From Stellaceae bacterium (GTDB lineage: Bacteria; Pseudomonadota; Alphaproteobacteria; ATCC43930; CGMCC-115725): a stretch of DNA of 64,000 nucleotides. Location: the NCBI GenBank assembly GCA_035934235.1, contig DASYYB010000027.1, positions 32,079 through 96,078 of the forward strand. Direction: 5' to 3'. The translations under genes were made by a program, and so were the position numbers. The notes under the pieces were generated by a model. The model was not told the origin of the DNA. It made no database searches and worked only from the letters and a program-made list of their open reading frames with translations. Each line of letters starts with the position of its first letter. The first letter of the stretch is position 1. Shown here in pieces: positions 29,711 through 38,157 of this stretch.

Positions 29711-29970
29711 GTCTCGCTGTTCGAGCGCCCGGCCGGGCGCCGCCCCCATGCTGCGCGGTGGTGCGGCGCGACTTTGCCGGGTCCGGACGGTTCCGTCGAG
29801 CCCGCCGCCGGCAGAAGTCAGGATCGGGCGGTGAGGACTCGGGCCGGCGCTTGTGCAATAATTCGAACAACCGTCGGCAGTGCGATATCCAGGCGCCGGC
29901 GGCCGAGAGACGCGCAACAACCGGGTAGAACGCCCCGCGCTCCCGCCTGCTGATTTGGTGGGAGGCGCGA

Positions 29971-30174
29971 ATGCGCTGTTATTTCATGCGGGATGGCCAT
30001 ATCGGCGCGGTCGAGATGCTGACCGACGCATCCGACGCCGCAGCGATTGCGCAGGCCCAAGCGCTCTTCGAGCAACGCAAAGACAAATTCGCCGGCTTCG
30101 AGGTATGGGACCGCGCCCGCTTCGTGCACCGTTATCCGCCGGATCGGGTCGACCGGCGCGCGGGGGAAAGGTGA
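29971..30174 (+). CDS. small hypothetical protein (67 aa)
   Basis: The ATG is preceded by GGGAGG with a 6-nt spacing. It reads MRCYFMRDGHIGAVEMLTDASDAAAIAQAQALFEQRKDKFAGFEVWDRARFVHRYPPD.. Third-position G/C is high. The stop overlaps the next ORF's start. Confidence 0.55.
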   Translation: MRCYFMRDGHIGAVEMLTDASDAAAIAQAQALFEQRKDKFAGFEVWDRARFVHRYPPDRVDRRAGER

Positions 30175-30344
30175 AATCCAAAGACGCGGCGCGGGTCTTG
30201 CGCGAGGTGCGCCGCATGCGGAGCCGGATCCGCAACCTGCCGCGCGGCGACGTCCGGCGCGCCCTTAAGGCGGCTGCCGACAAACTGGACATGATCGCAC
30301 GCTGCCTGGAAGCGAAAGCCACGCCGCGCAAGCGGGCGAAGTAA
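30171..30344 (+). CDS. small basic hypothetical protein (57 aa)
   Basis: The GTG overlaps the upstream stop (GTGA). It reads VKSKDAARVLREVRRMRSRIRNLPRGDVRRALKAAADKLDMIARCLEAKATPRKRAK. By my count about 48 of 58 third positions are G/C, consistent with coding in this genome. Confidence 0.45.
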   Translation: MKSKDAARVLREVRRMRSRIRNLPRGDVRRALKAAADKLDMIARCLEAKATPRKRAK

Positions 30345-30368
30345 GGGCCGCAGCGCCGGTCCGGATGA

Positions 30369-31880
30369 CTAGGCGCGCAACCAGGTGGCGAGATAGCGTT
30401 CCGCCTTGCCGTATTCGCCGGCGCGGCCGATGAAGCCGACATACCAGTCGGGCCGGATGACGTAGAGGCCGGCGCCGTAACGCGCGTTGATTTCGCCTTC
30501 GGCCGATGCAGTCAGCACTTTGACCCACGGCATGAAGCGCGCCGCGAGTTCGACCGCGCCCGGCGCCTCGGTCGCGCCGACGGCAAGCAGCGTAAAGCCG
30601 TCGCGGTTGAACACGTCGAAGAGCTGCCGGCGCTGACCGTCGACGGTCGCCGCGGCGTCGGGTGCCCGGTCGCCGGGTCGCAGCCGTTTGCTGGGCCGGC
30701 CCTGGCTGAGCGCGCTCTTTGGATAGCGGATGTCGAGCTCGGTCATGCTGCGCGCAAAGATTCGGCGCACCGCCGCGAACCGCATCAAGAACGCGACCAC
30801 TTGGTTGCGCAGCAGCTGCGCCGCGAGCTGGTGCAACGTCGCTAGTTGCGTCAGGCGGGCGGCATTGCGCAGCACCATGTCGCCGACGGCGCTGCGTTCC
30901 GGTGAATAGGTCGCCAGCAGGCGGTCGCCGGCCTTGCCTTTGATCGCCAGCGCCAGTTTCCACGCCAGATTGAACGCGTCATGGATGCCGGTGTTCATGC
31001 CCTGGCCGCCGGCCGGGCTATGAATGTGCGCGGCGTCGCCCGTCAAAAAAACGCGGCCGTGCCGATAATCCGCGACCTTGCGGTCGTTGATGCGGAACAG
31101 GCTGAGCCACACCGGATCGTAGGCGCGCACGCCGCTCGGGCCGCGCCGGTCGAGGGCCGATTGTATGAGGTCGAGCGTCGCTTCCTGTGGCGCCGTTGTC
31201 GCCGGTCCGAGGTCGGCAATGACGCGGAACCGGCCGCGCTGCATCGGAAAGATTCCGAGCACGCCTTCGCGATGCCAATAAAGCTGAAGCTTGTCCTCGA
31301 CGGCGCCGTCGAGCTTGACGTCGCCGAGCATGAAGGCGACGGGCTCGGTCTCGCCGGCGAAATCGAGCTTGAGGCCGTGGCGCACGACGCTGTGCGCGCC
31401 GTCGCAGGCGACGAGATAATCGCACGTGACCCGCTCCGTCCGCCCGTCGGCGTGGCGCAGCGTGCAGGCGACGCTGTCCGATCCCGCCTCGAAGGACGTC
31501 AGTTCCACCGTGCGCTCGAGCCGGCCGCCGAGCCGTTCGAGATGCTCCTCGAGCAGGCGTTCGATCTCGCTCTGCGGGATGAACAGCGCATAGGGATAGG
31601 GCGTAGCGATGCCGACAAAGCTGATCTCGGCGATGAGACGGCCGTTGGCGTGCAGCTGTGCCTCGCGGGTCGGCCGGCCGACGGCGGTGAAATCGTCGGC
31701 GCAGCCGGCCAGCCGCAGCAACTCGAGCGTACGCGGCCAGACGACCAACGCCTTCGAAAGATCGGTGCGCCGCGCCGCGCGTTCGACCGCGCGGAAGGCG
31801 ACGCCGCGGCGGCACAGCTCGCCCGCCATGGCCAATCCGATCGGGCCGCCGCCGGCGACGAGAACGGGAACGTCGCTCAC
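30369..31880 (-). CDS. FAD-dependent aromatic-ring monooxygenase (PheA/TfdB-like, with C-terminal thioredoxin-like domain)
   Basis: I start at GTG 31880 (VSDVPVLVAGGGPIGLAMAGEL, a GxGxxG motif). Other motifs: CDGAHSVVR and GDAAHIHSPAGGQGMNTGIHDAFNLAWKLA. Confidence 0.9.
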   Translation of the reverse strand: MSDVPVLVAGGGPIGLAMAGELCRRGVAFRAVERAARRTDLSKALVVWPRTLELLRLAGCADDFTAVGRPTREAQLHANGRLIAEISFVGIATPYPYALFIPQSEIERLLEEHLERLGGRLERTVELTSFEAGSDSVACTLRHADGRTERVTCDYLVACDGAHSVVRHGLKLDFAGETEPVAFMLGDVKLDGAVEDKLQLYWHREGVLGIFPMQRGRFRVIADLGPATTAPQEATLDLIQSALDRRGPSGVRAYDPVWLSLFRINDRKVADYRHGRVFLTGDAAHIHSPAGGQGMNTGIHDAFNLAWKLALAIKGKAGDRLLATYSPERSAVGDMVLRNAARLTQLATLHQLAAQLLRNQVVAFLMRFAAVRRIFARSMTELDIRYPKSALSQGRPSKRLRPGDRAPDAAATVDGQRRQLFDVFNRDGFTLLAVGATEAPGAVELAARFMPWVKVLTASAEGEINARYGAGLYVIRPDWYVGFIGRAGEYGKAERYLATWLRA

Positions 31881-32039
31881 GGTCCGGCGCTCCCGGGAAT
31901 CGGCACGATCTTGGGCGCGTCGGTCGTGATATCCCCCCAACCTGACATGCGCGCGGTTGTGCGCCGGATTAAACTAGGGAACCCGCGAAGGGTTCGGCAA
32001 CTGTTTCACGCGCGGTTTCGCCCGCGGCCGGACCGCGGC

Positions 32040-32876
32040 TCAGGATTTGTTCAGTTGCGCAAGCCAAGCGAGCGCATCCGCGGTGCCGGCGTCGGGCGTG
32101 CCGATGTGATTCGAATGCACGGTGACGAAGCGGTTGAGCGGGTTGGCCGGCGCCATTTGGAAGAGGGTCGACGCCATCGCCTGCGTCGGGTCGCCGTCGC
32201 CGGCGACCCACAGGATCGGCACTGTCAGCCGGGACAAGTTTGGACCGAGATGCGTCAGTGCGTCGGTGTCGTTGAAACTGACGAAGATCCGCGGCGTCGT
32301 CGTCACCGTCATGGCGAAGGAGCCGCCGGTGTTCGTGTTGGCATCGTCGAAGGTGGTTTTGGTGTCGCCCTGGCCTTGGGCGATCAACTGTCGGGCGCGG
32401 GCGAGGCTGGCGGCGACTTCCGGCCGCTGGCTCTTGCGCGTCGGATCGTCCGCCGGTCCGAATGCGATGATCCCGATGATCCCCGTATGCGTCGCGCCAT
32501 AGGCGATGGCGCCGTTGCCGCCGAGGCTCAGGCCGCCGACGACGATCGCCTTCGCGCCTTGCGCCTTGAGCTGGGCGATGGCGGTGTCCACCTCGGCAAC
32601 GCAATCGGGATAGGTCTTGTCGAAGCCCCGATACCGCGACCAGCACATTTCGGGCGCCGCCACGAGGTAGCCGGCATTGCGCAGCGCCGCGATCAGGCGG
32701 CCGCCATAGGCATCGCCGCGGCCGTTGGCCATGCCCATGGCGACGCCGAGCTTGCCGTGCAGGAGCACGATGCCGATGCGCTGCTGCGCCGCCGCGGGCG
32801 GCGCAGCAGCGCACGACGCGACGAGCGCCAAGGCGAGCGCCAATCGCACACCGACTGCACCGAGGCCGCGAGCCAT
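32040..32876 (-). CDS. secreted alpha/beta hydrolase (dienelactone-hydrolase-like)
   Basis: It has a signal peptide (LALALALVASCAAAPPAAAQ). The nucleophile elbow is VVGGLSLGG, and a C-terminal His lies in VTVHSNHIG. Confidence 0.8.
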   Translation of the reverse strand: MARGLGAVGVRLALALALVASCAAAPPAAAQQRIGIVLLHGKLGVAMGMANGRGDAYGGRLIAALRNAGYLVAAPEMCWSRYRGFDKTYPDCVAEVDTAIAQLKAQGAKAIVVGGLSLGGNGAIAYGATHTGIIGIIAFGPADDPTRKSQRPEVAASLARARQLIAQGQGDTKTTFDDANTNTGGSFAMTVTTTPRIFVSFNDTDALTHLGPNLSRLTVPILWVAGDGDPTQAMASTLFQMAPANPLNRFVTVHSNHIGTPDAGTADALAWLAQLNKS

Positions 32877-32909
32877 GGTTCCTCCTTACTTTGCGCCGCG
32901 TGGCGTCGT

Positions 32910-34535
32910 TCAGGCGGCGGCGTGGATGCCGGCCGCCTTCACGTCGTTGCCGACATACGGCTCATACTGCTTGAAGTTGGTTTCGAACCGCTTGGTCAGG
33001 CCGCGCGCGGTCTGGTCGTAGGAACCCTTGTCGGCCCAGGTGTTGCGTGGATTGAGGACCTCGGCCGGCACCTCGCCGCAGGATTCGGGCACCTGCAAGC
33101 CGAAGAACGGTTCCTTCCGCGTCGGCACGGCCTTCAGCGTGCCGGCCAGCACCGCACGCACCAGCGCGCGCGTGTGGGCGATCTTCATGCGCGATCCGAC
33201 GCCATAGGCGCCCCCGGACCAGCCGGTGTTCACCAGCCAGCAGGTCGCCTTGTGCTTGGCGATGCGCTCGCCCAGCATCTTGGCGTAGACGGTCGGATGG
33301 CGCGGCATGAAAACGGCACCGAAGCAGGTCGAGAACGTCGCCTGCGGTTCTTTGCCGAGGCCCTTTTCGGTGCCGGCGACGCGCGCGGTGTAGCCCGACA
33401 GGAAATGGTACATCGCCTGTTCCGGCGTCAACTTGGCGATCGGCGGCAGGACGCCGAAGGCGTCGGCCGTCAGCATGATGACGTTCTCGGGATGCGGCGC
33501 GAGGCCGGTCTCGCTCATATTGGGAATGAAATCGACCGGATAACAGGCACGCGTGTTTTCGGTCAGGCTGCTGTCGTCGAGATCCGGCATGCGCGTCGCT
33601 GGGTCGATGACGACGTTTTCCAGCACCGTGCCGAAACGGAAGACGGTGTCGTAGATCTCCGGTTCGGCCTGTTTCGACAGGTTGATGCACTTGGCGTAGC
33701 AACCGCCCTCGAAATTGAACAACCCCTTCTGGCTCCACCCATGTTCATCATCACCAATGAGCGTGCGCGAGCTGTCGGCCGACAGCGTCGTCTTGCCGGT
33801 ACCGGACAGGCCGAAGAAGATGGCGGCGTCGCCGCGTGGGCCGACATTGGCCGAGCAGTGCATCGGCAGCACGTCGCGTCCCGGCAGCACGTAATTGAGG
33901 TAACCGAACACCGACTTCTTGATCTCGCCGGCGTATTCGGTGCCGAGAATCAGCACCAGCTTGCGCGCGAAATTGACCGCGACGATGGTGTCCGAACGGA
34001 TGCCGTCGATTTCATGCATCGCGAACAGTTTCGGCGCATGCAGGATGGTGAAATCCGGCACGAAATCGCCCAGCTCTTCGCGCTTCGGACGGATGAACAT
34101 GTTGCGCGCGAACAGCGCGTGCCAGGCGCTTGGCGTCACCACGCGCACCTTGAGTCCGAACGCCGGATCGGCGCCGGCGCACAAATCGTTCACATAGAGC
34201 TTGTGGCCCTGGTACCACGCGAGCGCGCGGTGGTGCAGCTGGTCGAAGGTCGCCTCGGGCAGCTTCTGGTTGATCTCGTTCCAGTCGATGTCCTTGCTCG
34301 TCGACGGTTCGTCGACGGTATATTTGTCCTTCGGCGTGCGCCCGGTGAACGCGCCGGTATAGGCGACGAATGCGCCGCCGGCGCCGAGGAAGCCCTCGCC
34401 GTTGCGGATCGCGTGCTCGTAGAGCACTGGAACCGACAGGTTCCAGAACTCACCGCTCAGATTACGAAAGCCCTGCTGCTTGAGCCCGAAGCTCGAGGCA
34501 AGCGCGAGCGCTGTCTCGGGTGCGTCTTTAGGCAC
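32910..34535 (-). CDS. pckA: phosphoenolpyruvate carboxykinase (ATP)
   Basis: From ORF 32910..35213. I start at GTG 34535, preceded by AGGAGG. Motifs: FTGRTPKDKY, the kinase-1a motif FFGLSGTGKTTLS, IGDDEHGW and GGCYAK. The length of 541 aa fits PckA. Confidence 0.95.
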   Translation of the reverse strand: MPKDAPETALALASSFGLKQQGFRNLSGEFWNLSVPVLYEHAIRNGEGFLGAGGAFVAYTGAFTGRTPKDKYTVDEPSTSKDIDWNEINQKLPEATFDQLHHRALAWYQGHKLYVNDLCAGADPAFGLKVRVVTPSAWHALFARNMFIRPKREELGDFVPDFTILHAPKLFAMHEIDGIRSDTIVAVNFARKLVLILGTEYAGEIKKSVFGYLNYVLPGRDVLPMHCSANVGPRGDAAIFFGLSGTGKTTLSADSSRTLIGDDEHGWSQKGLFNFEGGCYAKCINLSKQAEPEIYDTVFRFGTVLENVVIDPATRMPDLDDSSLTENTRACYPVDFIPNMSETGLAPHPENVIMLTADAFGVLPPIAKLTPEQAMYHFLSGYTARVAGTEKGLGKEPQATFSTCFGAVFMPRHPTVYAKMLGERIAKHKATCWLVNTGWSGGAYGVGSRMKIAHTRALVRAVLAGTLKAVPTRKEPFFGLQVPESCGEVPAEVLNPRNTWADKGSYDQTARGLTKRFETNFKQYEPYVGNDVKAAGIHAAA

Positions 34536-34717
34536 GGTGTCCTCCTGGCCGAGGTGACTCCGGTGCCGGCTTATGGGCGACGCACATTCCCCCTTCGCGT
34601 CGCGGTGCCGGCTTAGCCTTAAAAATATCGCGCGGAATATGACCATTGCAACATGGGGTTGGCCCACGCGCCGTGATCGAATTCTGCCGCAGCGCGGTGC
34701 GCCGCGGACGACGTATG

Positions 34718-35191
34718 TCAGCCCTTCGTCTTGACCGATGCTGCGGTGCGATATTGGTCGCCGGATATCCAGTCGATACGGCCGAAGCCGGCGACCAGGT
34801 GAATGCGCGCGATTGCGAGGCGGTAGAGCGCGAAGTCCTTGAAGCCGGCATAGGCGGCGGCCGATGGGTGCCGCGCGACAAAGGATGCTTTGGCCACCGC
34901 GTCGTCGACGCGCGCAACTTCGCCGAGAAACGTCGCGCGCGGCGCCGCCAGCGGATCGCCGGTCTGCACGCCACTTTCGACCAACAGCGACGCGCGCGGA
35001 TCGCGCGTCAAATTCTTGGTGTGCTCCGCCAAACCAGATAGCAGCAGCAACGGCGCACCCGCGCCGTCGTCGGCGGTCAGCACCAGCGACACGTAAGGTG
35101 CGCCGGTCGTCGTCAACGTCGCGAGACTGGCTCGCACCGCCGCCGCCAAAAGCGTGCGTGCGACGGTCGCAACGGCGGCAGGATCGCTCAT
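34718..35191 (-). CDS. pyridoxamine-5'-phosphate-oxidase-fold / HugZ-like FMN- or heme-binding protein
   Basis: I start at MSDPAAVATVARTLL (residue 41 of ORF 34718..35311). It reads ASLATL...GAPYVSLV......G.PLLLLS.LAEHTKNL..DPRASLLV ... FKDFALYRL.I..IHLVAGFGR, as in the HugZ/PNPOx split-barrel family. Confidence 0.75.
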   Translation of the reverse strand: MSDPAAVATVARTLLAAAVRASLATLTTTGAPYVSLVLTADDGAGAPLLLLSGLAEHTKNLTRDPRASLLVESGVQTGDPLAAPRATFLGEVARVDDAVAKASFVARHPSAAAYAGFKDFALYRLAIARIHLVAGFGRIDWISGDQYRTAASVKTKG

Positions 35192-35243
35192 GCGGCCATC
35201 CTCGGCCGCGCACTGCCGCCGCGCAACGGTCGCATCGGCGCGG

Positions 35244-36437
35244 CTAGTCGGCCGCTTCGACCGCGGGCGCGCCGACCCGTGCGCCGCGCGGGAAAAGCCA
35301 CGCGCATGCAAGGATGCCCGCCGCGAATACCAGCAGCACGGCGAACAACCAGACGAAACCCGCGCGCTCCGGTGGCAGGAAGGAAACGAGCGGCACGGCG
35401 ACGCTCGCCGCGACGAGCGAGATCAGGTATCGCGCCGCATAGATACGCGAGCGCCAAGCGTCGTGGGCGTAGCGCGCCACCATCGCGTCGGTGATCGGAA
35501 TGAAACCGAAGACCACGAACATCATCGCGACCGAGACCACCAGCATCGGCCAATCGCTCAACGCGCCAGCCAACAGCAGCAGCGGTCCGAGCAGAGCGGC
35601 AAACGGCAGAAACACGTCGCGCAACGGCCGGCCATCGATCAGCTGTCCGACCAGAAGCTGCGCGAAGGCGGCGATGACATAGACGATGCACACCAGCATG
35701 CCGACGCCGAACGTCGTATGCACCAGCGCGGCGAGCCGCACGTCGAACAGCTTGGGCATGACGATCGTTGTGGCGTTGAAGACGATCGCGCCGCAGACCG
35801 TCGCGACCGTGAGCAGCGCGAAGACGCGGCGGGCTTCGTCGTCATGCCGCACGCGCCGCGTGCCGCCGGCGGTCGTCGCCGCCGGCGCCGGCGCGGCCGG
35901 CACCAGCCAGGCGAAGACGATGCCGATCATGATCGCAATCGCGCCGGGCACGGCAAAGGCGGCACGCCAGCCGGCCAGATCGGCCAGCGCGCCCGCCGAC
36001 AAGGCCGCAAAGGCGACGCCGAGATTGCCGCATAGCCCGTTCCAGCCAAGTGCGCGGCCCATCCGTTTCTGGTCCTTGACCAGCATGGCGATGCCGACCG
36101 GGTGATAGATCGCGGCGAATAAGCCGACGAGGGTGAGGCCGCCGGCAATCTGCCACGGCGTTTGCGCCAGCGACGTCAGGATGCCGGCGGTGCCGACGCC
36201 GACGAAGAAGACGATCATCATCGGGCGCCGGCCCCAGTGGTCGCCGAGCCAGCCGGCGGGCAACGACCCGGCGCCGAAGGCGAGGAAGCCGCCGAGCGAC
36301 AATGGCAGCATGGCGCGATAGTCGGACCCGAACGACGCGGTCATCGCCAGCACGACCGTCGGAAAGATCAGCATCATCAAGTGATCGACCGCGTGGCCGA
36401 TGTTGAGGAACGCGGCGGTTATGCGGGTCTGGCTCAT
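35244..36437 (-). CDS. MFS transporter
   Basis: 397 aa with about 12 hydrophobic segments. The MFS loop motif is GWLGDHWGRRPMM. Confidence 0.85.
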   Translation of the reverse strand: MSQTRITAAFLNIGHAVDHLMMLIFPTVVLAMTASFGSDYRAMLPLSLGGFLAFGAGSLPAGWLGDHWGRRPMMIVFFVGVGTAGILTSLAQTPWQIAGGLTLVGLFAAIYHPVGIAMLVKDQKRMGRALGWNGLCGNLGVAFAALSAGALADLAGWRAAFAVPGAIAIMIGIVFAWLVPAAPAPAATTAGGTRRVRHDDEARRVFALLTVATVCGAIVFNATTIVMPKLFDVRLAALVHTTFGVGMLVCIVYVIAAFAQLLVGQLIDGRPLRDVFLPFAALLGPLLLLAGALSDWPMLVVSVAMMFVVFGFIPITDAMVARYAHDAWRSRIYAARYLISLVAASVAVPLVSFLPPERAGFVWLFAVLLVFAAGILACAWLFPRGARVGAPAVEAAD

Positions 36438-36534
36438 GGCGCGTCGCGCGTGGCGGTGGAATCAGGGTCTAACGCTACCGTGCCAAAACCTTGCACGCTT
36501 GCGCAAGTAAGCCATAATCTATCGCGAAACAGCC

Positions 36535-37323
36535 ATGGCCCGCTCCGCCCTCCGCAGCACGGACGCTGCCGACTATCAGTATCTCGACCGCCCGATCGCG
36601 GTGATGGCGAAGGATTATCCGCGCGGCGCCGCCAATACGCCGCATCGCCATCGCCGCGGCCAGTTAATCTACGCCGCGACCGGCGTGGTCGCGGTGACGA
36701 CGCCGGCGGGGACTTGGGTCGTGCCGCCGCATCGCGCTGTCTGGGTGCCGGCGGAAACCGAGCATTGGATTCGTACCTCGACCGCTGCCGCGCTACGCGC
36801 CGCTTTCGTCGCCTCCGGCATTTCCGGCCTGCCGCAACGCTGCTGCGTGATTGCGGTTTCGCCGCTGTTGCGCGAGTTGCTGTTGCGCGCCGCGTCGCTG
36901 GCGCTCGATTACGACGAGAACGGGCCCGACGGCCGTATCATGGCCGTGATCCTGGACGAGCTGCGTGCGCTGCCGGTGCTGCCGCTGCATTTGCCGCGGC
37001 CAACCGATCCACGGTTGCGCCGTGTCTGCGACGCGATCGAGCGCGATCCGGCCCAGACGCACACGCTGGCAGGGTGGGCGCGCCTGGCCGGCGCTGCGCC
37101 GCGAACCCTGGCGCGACTGTTCAGTTATGAGACGGGCATGAGTTTCGGTGCCTGGCGCCAACAGGCCCGGCTGATGGCGGCGCTCGACCGGCTCGCGGCC
37201 GGCGAACCGGTGACCGCGGTCGCGCTCGATCTCGGCTATCAGAGTCCGAGCGCGTTCACCTGCATGTTCCGCCGCGCTCTCGGGACGTCGCCGACGCGGT
37301 ACTTTGGCGAAAGTTCGCGGTAA
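36535..37323 (+). CDS. AraC-family transcriptional regulator with N-terminal cupin domain
   Basis: 262 aa. The cupin region reads HRHRRGQLIYAATGVVAV....G.WVVPPHRAVWVP. The C-terminal AraC helix-turn-helix reads LA.WA...G.APRTLARLF....GMSFG.WRQQ.RL..A...L..G..V...A.DLGYQSPSAF...FRR..G.SP..Y. It is divergent from the MFS gene. Confidence 0.9.
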   Translation: MARSALRSTDAADYQYLDRPIAVMAKDYPRGAANTPHRHRRGQLIYAATGVVAVTTPAGTWVVPPHRAVWVPAETEHWIRTSTAAALRAAFVASGISGLPQRCCVIAVSPLLRELLLRAASLALDYDENGPDGRIMAVILDELRALPVLPLHLPRPTDPRLRRVCDAIERDPAQTHTLAGWARLAGAAPRTLARLFSYETGMSFGAWRQQARLMAALDRLAAGEPVTAVALDLGYQSPSAFTCMFRRALGTSPTRYFGESSR

Positions 37324-37403
37324 AATTGGCCGCCCTAAACTCGCCATACTTGGGCGGCTACCTAGGGCACGCCGTATTCTTTTGTCGATAAGAGGGGTTT
37401 TCC

Positions 37404-38102
37404 GTGGCCAATTCCATTGCGTTGGTTGATGACGACAAGAACATTCTGCAATCGCTGTCGGTGGCGCTCGAAGCCGAAGGCTTCGCCGTGCGCACCTATA
37501 ACGACGGCGCCGAGGCGCTCAAGGCGATGACTGCGCAGCCGGTCGATCTCGCGATCCTCGACATCAAGATGCCGCGTATGGACGGCATGGAGCTGCTCGC
37601 CACGCTGCGCAAGCAGAGCGCCATGCCGGTCATTTTCCTGACCTCGAAAGACGACGAGGTCGACGAGGTGCTCGGCTTGCGCATGGGCGCCGACGACTAC
37701 ATCAAGAAGCCGTTTTCGCAGCGCCTCCTGGTCGAGCGCATCCGCGCGCTGTTGCGGCGTGGCGAGATCGCGCGCGGCGGCACCGACGCCCAGGCCGAGC
37801 CGGTCATTCAGCGCGGCGACCTGACGCTCGATCCGGGACGCCACCAATGCACCTGGAAGACCCAGGACGTCGACTTGACGGTCACGGAGTTCCTGATCCT
37901 GAAATCGCTTGCCGTCCGGCCGGGCCACGTCAAAAGCCGCGATCAGCTGATGGACAGCGCTTACGGCGAGCACATCTATGTCGACGATCGGACGATCGAC
38001 AGCCACGTCAAGCGGCTGCGCAAGAAGTTCAAGTCCGTCGATGCCGAGTTTGCCCAGATCGAAACCCTTTATGGCGTTGGATACCGCTACCGCGACCACT
38101 AA
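37404..38102 (+). CDS. chvI: OmpR-family response regulator ChvI
   Basis: 232 aa. The receiver domain reads [11 protein letters not shown] ... [18 protein letters not shown], followed by a winged-helix C-terminus (LT.TEF.ILK.L...PG.V.SR..L........[18 protein letters not shown]). The pckA ... chvI-chvG-hprK context is typical of alphaproteobacteria. Confidence 0.9.
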   Translation: MANSIALVDDDKNILQSLSVALEAEGFAVRTYNDGAEALKAMTAQPVDLAILDIKMPRMDGMELLATLRKQSAMPVIFLTSKDDEVDEVLGLRMGADDYIKKPFSQRLLVERIRALLRRGEIARGGTDAQAEPVIQRGDLTLDPGRHQCTWKTQDVDLTVTEFLILKSLAVRPGHVKSRDQLMDSAYGEHIYVDDRTIDSHVKRLRKKFKSVDAEFAQIETLYGVGYRYRDH

Positions 38103-38157
38103 CCGGCGCGACGCCGCGGGCGCCGCCGGACAGCGCGCGAAGACCCGGGCGCCCGCG

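Noticed and set aside
30981-34616. A 1211-aa uninterrupted ORF on the plus strand, spanning the monooxygenase, hydrolase and pckA loci and their spacers.
   Set aside because: It is antisense to three genes with unmistakable family motifs. Its product is an Arg/Ala/Gly/Asp-rich low-complexity string with no recognisable motif. Stop codons are rare in the antisense frames of 70% GC genes. I treat it as a shadow ORF.
32910-35213. The 767-aa extended form of pckA. The 598-aa extended form of the binding-protein ORF (18689..20485) is analogous.
   Set aside because: The N-terminal extensions are low-complexity and overlap other real genes (the HugZ-like gene and DUF924). Internal starts with AGGAGG/GGGGAGG sites give proteins of canonical length, and for the binding protein a signal peptide.
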